A stretch of DNA of 64,000 nucleotides from Eledone cirrhosa. Lineage: Eukaryota. Below the pieces are notes generated by a model, which was not told the DNA's origin, searched no databases, and was given only the letters and a program-made list of their open reading frames with translations. Shown here piece by piece: positions 13,101-27,705 of the stretch. Within the stretch, counting starts at the first letter, position 1, and every line of letters begins with the position of its first letter. Location: positions 190,836,001 through 190,900,000 of the forward strand of contig OZ024740.1 in assembly GCA_964016885.1 (NCBI GenBank), read 5' to 3'. The position numbers and the translations under genes were made by a program.

Positions 13101-15009
13101 ATCCTCAAATACCATTAGTGTAGATTTATATCCTTATCGCCCCTTACATTACTCCACAATCCATCTTTTAATAGGCCACACATATGCCTTCTGTAAATGC
13201 TTCCTTTAACCTGGCATTAAATCGTCGATTTTATCAATTTGTATCAATAATACGCATATGTAGTGCAACCATCTGTTTTAGTGCAATGGTAAAAGTCAAA
13301 TGAGGTCATTAGTATCATGTAGACCCAACACCAATCTCCTATTCTAAATCAGGTGATGAAATCGTCTTTGTCATTGAAAGGTCTCCGTGCGGCCAAAATA
13401 TTCGCAAGTGTACTTGCTCAGATACAAATATGTGTTCTTCAATGCATTCCCGTGAATGACAATAGTCACGGAATTCTAACAGATTTTGTTGGCGCGGCTC
13501 CCGGTACAACTTCAGACTAAAAACAACGCAATATCAAATATTTCATTAATCACTAAAAGATAATGATAAATAAATTCTCTTTGTCAGCCATTAACTAACT
13601 GTCTGATGTTTCAGGAAAGAAATATTATCTCTCTCTTGCTCCTCTATGTTTTCTTGTATTACGATAAATGTAAATTAATACAAAATATATGTTGATAATA
13701 GTCTTTAATGTATAAATATGATATTGATATATACGGCGTTGTATAAGTTAATTTAATTGTCATTGTAATAGATATTGATAGAATTGTGTAATTGTCATTG
13801 TAATAGATATTGATAGAATTGTGTAATGAAAGCATTTTCTCTATTATACGTTGTGTAAGTTCAAATCAAATTTGTACATATGACTTGAACGAATGTCATG
13901 CAAACTCTCTCCAGATATTTTCATGGAAAGGACATTAATTAGATACATGTGTTAGTTATTACTTAATTGGCAGGGAATATATGTAGACTGTTGGTGACTG
14001 ACTGTATTTTAATTAAAGCAATGTTGATGGAGTTAAATTCATTGTTGGTAACTATAGTTCCGACGTTTTAGTAATGATTAATAACGCATAAATCCTAATA
14101 TACACACATTCTAATGCCATGGCAACAAGATCCACTATGCCCCATCCTCTCAATATTATTGCACCAACAAACGTTAATTGCTATATTTTAAATATAATAA
14201 TTTCCTTGATATTCTAATGCTTCATTGCAAACTGGAGTTATAATTAATAGAATACCAATTTCTTTGATCTCAGTTGGTAACTACTGTGACTATATTTAGC
14301 ATATATTAATTATTTGTCATATTATTATGTCGTTTATAGAATTCGAATGTTTAATGAATTCTTTCGTTTATGTTTTGATATCGAGAAAATATATTAAGCA
14401 TGTAACCATTTCAAATACATAAATGAAATAAGTTGCTCTTAACACGGTTACAAGTTTCTCCGTGTTTAATTTCGCATTTATATAGGGTACTTTATACATA
14501 ATACTTCACACTGGTTCCATAACTAACTATTATCCGGATTTATGTTATTCATTGTGTGAATAATATTGTACTATCTGCGTGTTTGGAGAACTTAAAGTTT
14601 CTCATTTCAGGTTTAGTCAGATAATATAGAAACATCCAAGTACAAAGGAGATAGTAACCAAACAGTTTCAATTGGAATAAGATATAGTTCATATATAAAC
14701 ATAACGAATCTGCTTTACTAATGAGATTATAATATGAAAATAATGTTTAACTTTCGTATATGAAATATTATTTCTTAAATGCAAGTAAATATATACTTGG
14801 TGACTAAATAAAATAATTATTTGTGATGTATAATTTTAGAACATTAAACTGTGACTTCTCTGGAAATGCGATTTGTAATATGACTATAAATAAGTGTTAA
14901 AGTTTACATTGATAAATACCAACAAATTAAAAACGCAAGAACCACAATCTGTGTAAAAACAAAGTGATATATTTGTATTTCTGCTTCTCACTTCCGTTAC
15001 GTTAGCAAT

Positions 15010-15741
<732 letters not shown>

Positions 15742-16076
15742 ATAAGGATATTTATATTTATATATGTTTAATACAACTATAAATATGGAGAGTAGTACTA
15801 AGTACTAGCCGGGTACATGTATGACAAAAGGCGCAATGCAAATGTTCACTAGACCTTAATTAAAAGGCCACACTAACCTATATACTGTGAATAAATCCAT
15901 TTTTTTATATCTTACCTTACACGATTAAAATAATTAAATAATATAGACACTCTAATATACTCTCAATATACAGCACCTACTAAATAGCAGACAACTGTGT
16001 ATATAAAACCAATTACTCCAGTATATATTATGCAACTCACTATCCTTTCATAAAAAAATTCAACTCTCTCTGTATA

Positions 16077-16191
<115 letters not shown>

Positions 16192-16197
16192 CATTCT

Positions 16198-16237
<40 letters not shown>

Positions 16238-16726
16238 ATATATTATATATACATATACTAACTATATAAAAACTATCTAATTATAAGAAAATAATTTTAA
16301 AAAGAATGCGTCTAACTCCATCCACACAATTTTAAAAGATAACAATTGTATAACCAATAATTTTGTATATACTCTATAAAGATTAATGTATAACACTACT
16401 ACAATAATAATAAAACAACCCTTGATTTATCAACAACCTTAATTACATACCTTTGTTATTAACCACCCTTACATCTTACATAAAATTAACCAATCTAACG
16501 GTTTACCAACATCTTAAAAAAGGTTAATACAAATCCTAGAAAAGATAATTTGTAGAAAATAAATGCCTAAGATAATATACCTACAATAACAAAATGGCCA
16601 GTAATTCGGTTGAATCTACATTTAACTAACAAACACCTATTGACTATAAACAACTCAAAATAATACCATGGTTAATATCTATGACTTACAAACAACTATA
16701 CACATACATACGAACTACAACACATA

Positions 16727-17250
16727 AACACTTGAATGAAAATCACCTATCCAACTCTATCACGTGCTATGCATTACACCTCACATAACAAATACCTACA
16801 TTATCACCACATGCTTCTCTAACAAATTGCACGCCATCTTAAACATTTCTAACAATTATAACATGTTTTAACACCCCACACAAAATATATGTATTTCAAC
16901 TACATTATAACCCCTTCCTCATACATGCCTTATTGACTGTATTGACTCCTGAATTGTACAACAATTGTCCTTGCTTATAACCTTTTTGCCTGTAGATTTT
17001 GCTTATAATTCTTACACTTCAACCAGTGCAGCCTGTAATTGTGTTCTCTCAGGCATAACATCTGTTCAACTCCTGACTCTTCATATGACACTAAAATCAA
17101 TTATGTACTCTAAATGTTCTGAATGAGTAGGATTTTAGTAATATGTTTCGTCAATCCCTATACTCCGATGACTCCAGACTTCCTTCTGGAAGAAACAATT
17201 GTCACCAAATAAATGTTCTAAACTAACATTTTATCGTTTTAACACTTTGA
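16727..17250 (+). mobile_element. PLE pseudo-LTR-like repeat (family A) with HHR-like motif at 17165-17203
   Basis: CCGATGA-c-TCCAGA cttcct TCTGGA-a-GAAAC AATT GTC followed by AATAAA. Homologous to 3717-4352. Confidence 0.65.
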
Positions 17251-17269
17251 ATATATATATATATATATA

Positions 17270-19130
17270 AAAGTTAAGAATAACATGGTTGACAGCACAA
17301 AAAGGGTATTTATTTACAGTCTTACAATTGTTTCCATGATAGAATTGTCTATAAATTGCTAAATAGTGGAGACAGTATAATTCAATTTACAATACATTTA
17401 AGTTCAACCATTTCATCAGAAACCATTAAGAAATATAAAATATATGCGTAACGGTAAACATAAAAATTCAAATTACTACATCAATAATATTGTTAATGAT
17501 GAATAAATAAAGGAAGGGAGTCAGATGAAAGTGAGATTGAAAGACGGAAAGAAGGAACGAAGATATAGTTAAATGTATAACTGGTTAACGTTACGAAATC
17601 AACCTATCATATTAAAATAAATATAATATTAATAATAATAAAGATATATGTAGAGAAATATAGAAAGTGGTGGGGGATATATCATAGGCAAAGAGGAAGG
17701 ATAAGTAAGGAAGTTGAGAAAGAAATAGATGAAGATTAAGAGGGATGAGGGAATAAAGGAGGATATAAATTAATCATGAATATGGGGATATGAAAAAGAG
17801 AGAAAATAAAATAAACATACGGACGAATATACATTACTATGTAAAATAGCTAGTTTGAGATGTATTATATTATAAGATAAAATGATCGAGATGTTTAAGT
17901 GGAGAAATACAAAAACAAATGGTGAAAGATGTATACATATAAGATAATAAATGATGTAAATACAAAGAAAAAAAAAGAAAAATGATGTTAATACAAATGT
18001 TTTTAAGTTATTCCTACGTAATTATGAAGTTTGTGATAATTTGATATCGTATTAAGTGCTTACATTATAAAAAGGAATAAGGAGAAGAACATGGAGTTGG
18101 TCTAAAGTTCAGGAACTTAGTTGCTGATTTATGCTGGCAAAATGTAGTTCGCTCAATTCTACTGTTCAGAAGGGTTTTACTAAAATTAAGAATTTGGAAG
18201 AGCTTCATATTTCAGAGCCTACAATGGGACATACCCATTTGATAGGCTTTAGCAGTTGACAGTATTTTCCAGCTGATCCCGTATTTAGTGCCTGCATTTT
18301 TGAGTTGCAATATTTTATTGGCAAGAGTTGTTGTATTTGATTGGTTCTTATTAATCATAAAATGTCTGTGCACGTACCGTTTTTTGAAAATATCAGCTGT
18401 AGAATCAATGTAATACCATGCCAAGCTACCCGAATTGATAGTACAACTGTTTTACGACGTTTTTCTCAAGGCATCTGTTTAGTAGAGGGCAATTGTCGTG
18501 TAAGTGGCAATTGCATAGCAATTCTTTCCTATGGTCCGCTTCTAATATATGATTTTGAATATCGTTATATATGGGCTACAAATTAGATTTGTTGGTGTAT
18601 TTTGGTGGTGTTTTTTTGTCGTGTATTTGCTTGCGATGATGTAATATGTGTGTGTCCTGTATTTGGTGATATGGAACTTATATTACTTTGATTATGAATT
18701 CTTATGTAGTTGATTTTGTGATGGTGCGATTCTATGTTGTTCACAGTGGTGTATGATAGTTTGATAGTTTTTCTATTAAATATTTTTATAATATTTATGA
18801 ATTTTAGGGAAGTGTTTGTCAACTAATTTAAAGAAAGTGAGAGGAAGCTTAGTTTTAATACAGGAGTTAAACATTGAATTAAACCATAAGTAGTTTCTAT
18901 TTCTGTATCTTCTATGTCCGCTAGTGGATTATCATTTTGTTTATATAAATTAGGTATATGGTGCCTATTTATGCGTTTAGACCTAGGTTTGTTGATTCTA
19001 TGATTGTTGGAAGTATCGTTAACGTTAAGTGTGGTGTTATTTTTTGTATCAGTTATGTATTTGAGTCGTTCTTTTTGGCTTGCTTAAGTAAAGTTAAGTT
19101 ATAGTAGCTAGCGTGTTCATTCAAAATATT
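17270..19130 (-). mobile_element. 5'-truncated, decayed Penelope-like element (linker, GIY-YIG endonuclease and 3' pLTR)
   Basis: Reverse translations KIFNRKTIKLSYTTVNNI and YYIDSTADIFKKRY..TTLANKILQLKNAGTKYGISWKILSTAKAYQMGMSHCRL match the PLE GIY-YIG C-terminus. Stops and frameshifts are present. Confidence 0.85.
17321..17430 (-). ncRNA. Type I HHR in PLE pLTR, long stem II insert
   Basis: Reverse strand CTGATGA-aATGGT...ATCATg-GAAAC AATT GTA, AATAAA downstream. Stem I is weak. Confidence 0.6.
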
Positions 19131-19156
19131 TTGCCAAATATACTATACGTATATTC

Positions 19157-19206
<50 letters not shown>

Positions 19207-19248
19207 ATTTGTGTGTGTGTGCGTGTGTGTGTGTATGTGTGTGTGTGT

Positions 19249-19740
19249 GAGGTCACCAGTTGGTGCTACTGGTAACATGTATCCCAGTACAACCTGTCTC
19301 ATGGTTGGGTCGTTGGCGACTAAACTGGCAACCCCACCAATGTTTCTTGGTGAGGAGGGTGACTTTGGACGTCCTGCAGGACTAAAAACAGAACCTGTCA
19401 AAGGGCAAAGGATCTCTTAAGTGTCATTGGCATCCAAAATCACAGGGAGAGATGACCGCTTACCCTTGGACAAGGCAGAATTCTAGGAGAATGAAAGCTC
19501 TGATATAACACCTGCAACCCTGATGGTATCCAATTGTGTTGACTTGTTCTTCTTTTTGGTAAATATCATCTTGGTCAAGAGAGTGGGACTGGCTTTGTGC
19601 AGTGCCTTTGCTCACTATAAAAGCTTCACGGCACAGGCATTGCTTTATATCTGGAGATCTCTCTGCACTTGTCGTCACATGGTACCATGGGCGCAGCATT
19701 ATGTGTCAATAATTGTCACAAGTGATGGCTGTCGTTGGGG
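19249..19740. mobile_element. RTE-type LINE fragments (5' UTR on +, probable 3'-end piece on -)
   Basis: GC-richer island starting at the end of a (GT)n tract. Its 5' part matches 7190-7358. Confidence 0.5.
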
Positions 19741-20069
19741 AATAGTAACCGGTAATTGTTTTTTTTAAATATTTAATTGTTTTTTTTTTAACATTCTAAG
19801 TATTCTTCTATATTTTTACCCCATATTGTTTTACTTTTTGTTTCGACTTCCTCCTTTCCTCCTCCCTAGTATACTTCCTTGACCTCCCGCCCTGCTGTAG
19901 TTGGCACTATCAACGCACGACTGGGTTTCCTCCACCGCCTCTCCCTCTTTCTTCTACTGGCAGGTTCAGGTAAGCCTTCCTACCACAAATTGCCATGATA
20001 GAATTATGTGTCTCAACAACAGACTTTTGACCAATACTTGTCACAATCACTTTTACCATATATGGAATT

Positions 20070-20165
20070 ACCCCCTGAGAAGCTCGGCTATTCATATAAC
20101 AGGATAAACATTTTCATTTAGTCCAGAATTAGCCGTCGAAACGGCTTGAACTCAGCCGTCGGCGT
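20070..20165 (+). ncRNA. Type I HHR with stable 5-bp stem III (family E)
   Basis: ACCCC-CTGAGAA(one core mismatch)-..CGGCTA...TAGCCG tc-GAA-ACGGC ttgaactca GCCGT-C-GGCGT. Sister partial copies at about 22605-22650 (-), 32409-32468 (+) and 61249-61310 (+); the two + copies have GGGGT restoring stem I. Confidence 0.65.
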
Positions 20166-20178
20166 CCTACTCGTTCCT

Positions 20179-20275
<97 letters not shown>

Positions 20276-20320
20276 TAAAGAAAACGAAAAATCAGTGATG
20301 CATCTGGACTTAATTTATTA

Positions 20321-20411
20321 CGTGTTACAATTGTTTCGCCGGTAGGTAGATCGAGACATGGTCCTTGTATGGATCTGGATAATTCTACTTCTGCAGATTC
20401 TTTCAGGCACC
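20321..20411 (-). ncRNA. HHR-like motif with 8-nt CTGAAAGA box
   Basis: Reverse strand GGTGC-CTGAAAGA...CCGGC-GAAAC AATT GTA-ACACG, then AATAAA. Confidence 0.6.
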
Positions 20412-21658
20412 GGCATTTTGTTTGGAGCAAATTTTATCACTGGGGGGTTATCATCAAAAAACACCCTCAATAAACCCTACTTCCACTCTTGTCTTGTCAA
20501 GCCATTGGCTGTTTTTACTCCACGTCATGACAAGTTCTGGTCAGTATTTACTGTCACACGGGTCATCAACCATATTCCGTCCGACACATTTCGATGGAGT
20601 CATGCAGGGTTCAGTATCTCATACGTCTGTTCACACCTCAGAGTAAGCAACCACACATACTAATACACACACACACACACATGCATACACAGATAGATTT
20701 ATGCATACACACACATACGCCTATATGCGCAGACACACACACGCCCACATACATACATATATGTATATAGCCACACACACCCTCTCCCTCACTTCCACGG
20801 ATCCAGTCACACCCACGTGTATATACATATCGCCACAAGCCTTATGACGGCTGCTTAATTCGCGCCAAGTATCCGGTGGGATAAGTATGGCCTACTCAAA
20901 CGTACATACGCGCGCACACATACATGCGCCCAAACTTAAATACGTTTACAATATTTTAGGATACATTAAAATCTGTATGTAACTGCATAAATAGGTACAA
21001 GAAAAAAAAGAGGTAAAATAAACAAACGGGTCAAATAAAAAAACGGGGGGAGGTATAGAAGTAGGTGCGTGTGTCCATGTGATATACTACACACAGGTAG
21101 TATGAGGTGCGAACTTGTGTCCGTCTATAGAACAGGTAACAGTAACAGAACAATAATAGAACAATAATGATAGTAATAATCATTGTTCCAAAGTGGAACA
21201 AGTGGAGAGTATATAGTCACGATTGATGGGGTTCACATTCAATGGACACCGTCATCATGGAATGGCTTCCGGTCCCCTAATCCCGTTGGGCCGATCGGGT
21301 CTGTGCGTACCCGTTCCCATGACCCCTGCCTGCGTCACCCGGATGATTCCATGCTGCACATGTGCATCTTCGCTGGTGTCTGCATGTCATGATAATTTCA
21401 GACTTCAGGTTGATGGCGCCATCCCTCAGTCTGACTATCAGCGTGGCCTCGTGTAGGCATAATCGGCACGTTCTACTTCCGGTTGAATATGCCCTCGCGT
21501 GGACGGAAAATGGCTGATGAGCCGTAAATACTGACCAGAACTTGTGATGACGTGGAGTAAAAAAAGCCAATGGCGTGACAAGAGTGGAGGTAGGTTTTTT
21601 TTAGGGTGTTTTTTTATGATAACACCCCAGTGTTAAAATTTGCTCCAAACGAAATACC

Positions 21659-21749
21659 CGTGTCTGAAAGAACCTGCAGAAGTAGAATCAGCCAGATTCA
21701 TACAAGGACCATGTCTCGAGCTATCTGCCGGCGAAACAGTTGTAACACG
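21659..21749 (+). ncRNA. HHR-like motif with 8-nt CTGAAAGA box
   Basis: CGTGT-CTGAAAGA-accTGCAGA...TCTGCcggc-GAAAC AGTT GTA-ACACG, with a perfect 5-bp stem I and AATAAA at 21751. Confidence 0.65.
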
Positions 21750-21885
21750 CAATAAATTAAGTCCAGATGTATCACTGATCACTGATTTTTCGTTTTGTTT
21801 ATACTATCTACACTCTACCCTGCTGAATATCGAGTGCTAATTTTGGCATACCGCCTATGGAAGCACCATAGCTACCATTATATAC

Positions 21886-21956
<71 letters not shown>

Positions 21957-21959
<3 letters not shown>

Positions 21960-22174
21960 CGAGTAAAATTCCCGAGATCCATGGACGAGTTCTCTCCAGC
22001 GGTCTATGTCCCTCATTATCGCTGCCATTTCCTGCGTCTCCAACAGACCAGTGTCTGTCATTAGGGCATCAACATACGTTAACTTGGTCTTCCTCTTCTA
22101 GTGTGTCCATGTAGGGGCTCCCAAAGGAGCACTGAGTGCAATGTCAACTCTAGATGTTGGTGAGCATGTCCAGC
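21957..22174 (-). mobile_element. RTE-clade LINE 3' end
   Basis: Reverse translation AGHAHQHLELTLHSVLLWEPLHGHTRRGRP(frameshift)LTYVDALMTDTGLLETQEMAAIMRDIDRWRELV, a typical RTE C-terminus. Confidence 0.85.
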
Positions 22175-22532
22175 TATATATTAGAATTGGTGCTCTGAAA
22201 TAGCAATATATATATAAATGTATATATATTGTATTTTGGAATATACTGTATGCTTGATATAATTTCTGCTTGACCGGCAAACGCTCTGTATAATCAGTTC
22301 CTGATTATTACTAAGAATTATATAAGAATCAAACATTCATGATTTTCAGCAAACAGGAGGAGTATTTAGCTTTGATAAGCATAAAACAATGCGAAACACA
22401 GCTCTGTCAGCTTTATCTCCCCTGTTTGCTGAAAATTAAAGTAAGTGAGACCGTCACTGCTCTAAAACAATAGCATAAGGTCTTCGAAATAATTAAGCAT
22501 ACAGTATATTGCAAAATACACTATATATATAC

Positions 22533-22593
<61 letters not shown>

Positions 22594-22738
22594 AACGAGT
22601 ATGACCCAGACGGCTGAGCTGAAGCCGTTTCGACGGCTAATTCTGGACTAATTCGTTCCTATTACCCACTCTACTACCCTAAGTATTGAGTACTTTGGTG
22701 CGTCTTGTTCCACCTGGTTCCTTACCACATTTCCTTCG

Positions 22739-22893
<155 letters not shown>

Positions 22894-23754
22894 GACAGAG
22901 ACAGAGAGAGGGATAAATGAGGGGAAAGCACAAACAAGAGACAGATCCTTCTTCAATTGTCTGTTGGGATCTCGTATAATTCAACTCATTAAAGACAATA
23001 CGTCTATCCTAAGTACGTCAATAACTTTGTCAGTTATTGCGGAGAGAAAAGAGAGAGAGAGAACAAAACTAAACATAAGTGAAAGAAAAAGAGAGGAAAT
23101 AACGCGACAAACATCCAATAGTGAAGGGGAACGCGAGGAGTAGCATATGTATCTAAAGTAACAGTGGGAGAGAGAAAGGGGAGAAATTAAACGAGTGGTT
23201 GGGCAAAATTTTGGGGTCTTATTAGCAGCGAAGAAAAACACAACTAACCTCGGCGGGAACAGAGAAAAGAGTGAGAGACGACAGAAAACGGAAGTAGTAA
23301 GGGAGCAGAGGGAAAGGGAGGATAAGTGAGTGGAAGAAGGAGAGGGAGAAAGAGAAAGAGAGGGAGAGACTACTTGAGTAAGAGAGTGAGGGAGATATAG
23401 GGAGAGGGAGGAAGGAAATGGGTAATGCCGAGGTTGAACGTGTATTTTTTCGCTGTTAATATGACTCCGGACGTATGTCCAACCATTGGTTTAACTTCTC
23501 CCCTTTCTCTCTCCCCAGTCTACTTTACATACATATTAGATTATTCAAATAATTTGAGGTTTTTTAAAGACACATTTTACTTAGTAAGAAACGTATATGT
23601 TATAATTATTCATTCCTCTCATATTTCTTCCTATATTATATCATCATGTAATTAACAAATTCATTCATATACTTTCAAATTCGCGTGTTAAAATGGTAAT
23701 TTTTTATCAGAAACAAGCTACATGAAGAATTCGCCTCCTTTATGTTATTGTAAT

Positions 23755-25292
23755 TATGTTATTGTATTTATATTATTGTAACTATAAGTTGCTGCTATAT
23801 ATATATTTATTTTGATAATCACTACCGGTTTACCTATGTTGATTTCTTAATCAAATGAACTGATTAAATTGTTTTAGTTTAAGTATCCCTTGTTTTCAGT
23901 GTATAATAAGCAGAACTACAGTCAAAGTTTACACGCAGTTTTTGTTTGTTTATCTCTGTCTCTCTAATTAGTTTCAAATTACGCACTGTGTTTGTCTGAT
24001 ACACTACATTTTTCTGATGTCCAGGTTTTTTCATTCTATCATTTTTTGAATGCATGTTATACATTGTCTCTAATTGCTTCTAATGAATTTCTTTGAAAGG
24101 TAGCATTTGTATAAATTTATATTGGAATTATATATTGGTGACGATTATTTGACATTGGAATGTACCATGATATATTTCTCACATAATTTAAGGCTTCCTT
24201 GCATATTTGCTTTTCATTTAAAATACGCACCATATTTCTCTGAAATACTATGTTGAATTAAGTACATATTAATTAGAAAACGGGAAAGTCATTCTGATCC
24301 TTACAATCAAAATGAAATGATTTTATACAGATGAGTTTAATAACAAAAATATACACAATAAATTAAGGAAATTTTATATAATTTTTGTTCAAAATATTAA
24401 AATGTTGATTACTTGAGTCAGAACGAAATCCAATATGAATTGAGTTGAGCACAATATTGGTATTTATATTGGCAAAGGAATTTGGTAAACAAATTTCATA
24501 CCCGATGCGTTTTCATTACGAAAATTACTTTCACAAATACCTGTAAATTATTTCTAAACTAATTTAATTTCAATCTAAGTGAAATGTATTCCCGTCATTC
24601 AACAAGGCACGTATTTTACTGAAATTGACCTGAATATGTCTTTTTTATCATTCAATCGCATGAAAAAGGAAATTGTTAATTTATGCCTTTGCATTTGAAA
24701 ATTGTTGTACGAGTTTAAATCCTTATTTGAAACAAGGTACTCCGCATATATGAATTAATTCATTTTAATAAACATCAGGTTACCTTAAGCAACTTAGCAA
24801 ACATGTGACATTTATATTTCATCTTATTAATGGTCCGCATATTCATTTCCAAATAAAATTGCGAATGTAAATGGCACTATGAATTTACCTAGTTATTGAC
24901 ACGGGGCTACCTTATATATTCCTGCCGAATTATAACGAGCACTCGCATAAAATGTATGTTAGTACGTTGTGTTAGTACACATGTATAACATATATACGAA
25001 AAATTATAGAATGAAAAAACCTGGACAAAAGAAAAATACAGTTCATCAGACAAACACAGTGAATAATGTGAAACTAATCAGAGAGACATAGATAAACTTT
25101 TAAAAAAAATGCGTCTAAACATTGGCTGTAGTTCAGCTTATTAAACACTGAAAACAAGGGATTCTTAAATCTAAAACAATTTAATCAGTTCATTTGATTA
25201 AGAAATCAACCTAGGTAATCCGCTAGTGATTATTAAACCTAAATATGTATAGCAGCAACTTATAGTTACAATAACATAAAGACAATCACATA
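23755..25292. repeat. Inverted repeat, about 290-bp arms (23755-24047 and 24999-25292) around a 950-bp spacer
   Basis: Arms are diverged reverse complements, e.g. GTTGATTTCTTAATCAAATGAACTGATTAAATTGTTTTAG is exact in both. Confidence 0.9.
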
Positions 25293-26297
25293 TGGACGTA
25301 CTAACACATATTTGTTATTCGTATATTCTAATGTAAATTCAAGACATACTACACAGTAATACATTTAACATTCATATATATTAAATAGAAAATAATTATA
25401 TTCCAGGTGCAGATTTTATATATGCACAATTAGTGCAAGCATATTAACTGCAATATATAACAAAATAATTTGCAGTCATATGACAATACCTATGTACAGA
25501 TATCTGCGTAAACCTTATAGTAATCTGCATCAACCAACATAAATAATAGGTTTCATAGTTACTATGTGCATATTACATATAGTAGAGAATGGATTATTTA
25601 GATTTCCTGATTTTCCCGAGGTAACCTTGAAGTAAAACTTTGGAACAAAACATAATTCTATATCAAATATCTCCGCATTTTCCCCTCTAGTGCTTTTCAT
25701 GCAGCTATACCGTTGAAACTATCAGTAATATTTAATGTATTACTGTTGAAATTGAATATATTTTGAAGATTTTTCATGTTTCTACAGCGTTTAATTCATC
25801 TTTATATTTTAACTATTGTTTTATTTTTCAATATACTTTCAACAGTATTTAAAACAGACATAATCCAGTTGACGTAAGTACTTCTATTGATGTGAGATGG
25901 AATGGATATTCAAACTGATTCTGCTTTTTTTTTTATTGATCTAAAGATATTCTCTCATAGACAATCTTCGAGCTGCAATTATTGATTTCACACTTTAGAT
26001 ATAATTATGTTATACTTTCCCGACGACCAATATACCGTTTCTATACAGTTTTCTATGAGAAATTCATGTTTAATATAGGTATGGGAAATATAGAAAAATG
26101 AAATCAGCTATGAGGTATCTCATAACATAAACATAATAAAATATATAAGTGATCATTGAACTACCACTTGTGTTAAGCATCTTAACATTTGTGAGCAAAT
26201 TGATCGTAAATGATATTCGTTCTTAAGATTAGTAGAACCTGTGGGATTGTCAAAATTCACTCACACAAAAACACCCAAAACGTGTATATATATATAT

Positions 26298-27196
26298 GTA
26301 ACGAAGAGAAATGAAAAATGACACTGGAGTTTTTTTTAAGAATATTTATTTATTTCCTTTACCAATTTCACAGTTCTTATGCTTTTTAAAAGTAGAATTG
26401 AGATGGAGGATTCTGATTTTTCTCGCATCTGGTTGGTGTTCAAAATTTATTTCTGTTTCTGTTGAATTTATTTTTAAATAATTTAATATGGTTGTTTGAT
26501 GACTGTCACGTGAATAAGTACAATAAATTCCTTGTCAGTTTGCGTTCCAAATTTATTTTTTTATCTGCCTTAAAAAATGATGCACAAATTGTTTTTTTAT
26601 AAGTGAAATTTGATTGGTTGATGACTGTCACATATTTCGCACCAGTTCGTATTTGAAGGTTCTTTATTGCCATTTTCAGAGTCATATAATATGTGCCAGA
26701 GAATGAAGGTTTGTCGTACAAAATGTTGTGTCAAAAAAAAAGATAATGTTTAGGATATAAGAGGGGTAGGAATAGATCTGGTTGAGTAATAAGGGCTGAT
26801 GTCATGCTGAAGTGTAATAATTCAGGCTTTGTATTGAAATAAATTGAATGTTTGTGTCGGTAGTGGTGGCAGCCGTGATGCTGTTCACAGGGTAGAAAAG
26901 AAAAACATATGTTTTTATTTGCGGGTGTGTGTGTGAATGATTAGAATGTTATAGTGTTAACATATTAATGTATATTAATCTATGTTCAATGCTGGTCTAT
27001 ATTTTTGAATAAATATGTTTTCCTTATTTATTCGTATTTTGTCTCTTGTATTGTCAGTGCGAAGATGAAGTGGGAAGACTGGGAATTTGGATGTCTAATT
27101 TTTGGTACATATGTTTAGATGTCCTTCCTGAGGTAGCGTCTCGTAATTGTTGGCGATGAATTATCAGTCTGTTTCTGAATATGAGTTTAGTTTGCC
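26298..27196 (-). mobile_element. Decayed Penelope-like 3' fragment
   Basis: Reverse translation from 27196: GQTKLIFRNRLIIHRQQLRD..SKH...TYFIQKYRPALNID-type ending at about 26976, a GIY-YIG C-terminal half. AT-rich 3' region runs to a TA tract. Confidence 0.7.
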
Positions 27197-27439
27197 CTAT
27201 ATAATCTTCATTACATCCTTTACACTTAATGGCATAAAGTAACGTTCATCCTTATTGAAATGTATACATTGTGTATTCAATGACGCGAGTGCAAGTTCTG
27301 CAATCAGAGCGACCAGATTCTTTGACATATGGTTTGGGCATTGTGGTGGGTAATTTGGCATAGGTGAGTAGGCACTCGCAATCCAATATGCACCCCGCCT
27401 CACACACCCTACTCCATCCTTCCTTTCCCGTTCCGTCCA

Positions 27440-27705
27440 CTGTGTCGATGACACAACAGTCCACACTGTAAGGTGGCCTTGTAGGAGACACAGTAAAAAG
27501 TCTCCCAGTCCGCACTTTAAATGTAGTTTGTGTTAGGAAGTGCATCCAGTTGTTAAGAAGCCTGACAGAGTCACTTCTGTATGAGCGAGAGACGGTCTCC
27601 GACCATTCCCGCATCAAATGGAACAAACCCGTCTGACCTATGCCAGCGAAGAAGATGGATGTTAAACGATGATGATGATGATGCCGAGGATGATGATGAT
27701 GATGA
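27440..27705 (+). mobile_element. SINE/LINE-tail repeat ending in (GAT)n
   Basis: GTTAGGAAGTGCATCCAGTTGT..GGATGTTAAACGATGATGATG matches the tail of 33999-34350. Confidence 0.65.

Larger units (their letters stand above)
20271..21806 (-). mobile_element. Penelope-like 3' fragment with inverted pLTR copy
   Basis: Reverse ORF ARAYSTGSRTCRLCLHEATLIVRL..INLKSEIIMTCRHQRR (about 21350-21500) is a PLE C-terminus. 20271-20550 and 21525-21806 are inverted copies. Confidence 0.85.

Noticed and set aside
11290-13520. Less AT-rich patches that might be exons or old retroelement ORFs
   Set aside because: No recognisable protein motif or clean open frame on either strand by eye.
19249-19335. Possible HDV-like ribozyme at the RTE 5' end (CCAGT..ACC TGTCTCAT GGT..CTAA ACTGG)
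   Set aside because: P2- and P3-like pairings are visible, but I could not place a consistent P1/P1.1, and the sister copy at 7190-7358 lacks the segment. A covariance-model search on the family consensus is needed.
25020-25085. CTGATGA on the minus strand within the 24-25 kb inverted arm
   Set aside because: No downstream GAAA/stem III on the same strand, and the partner arm lacks the box.
26350-26435. Expected HHR at the 3' end of the 26.3-27.2 kb PLE
   Set aside because: Only CAGATGC...GAAATTGGTA remains, too degenerate to call.
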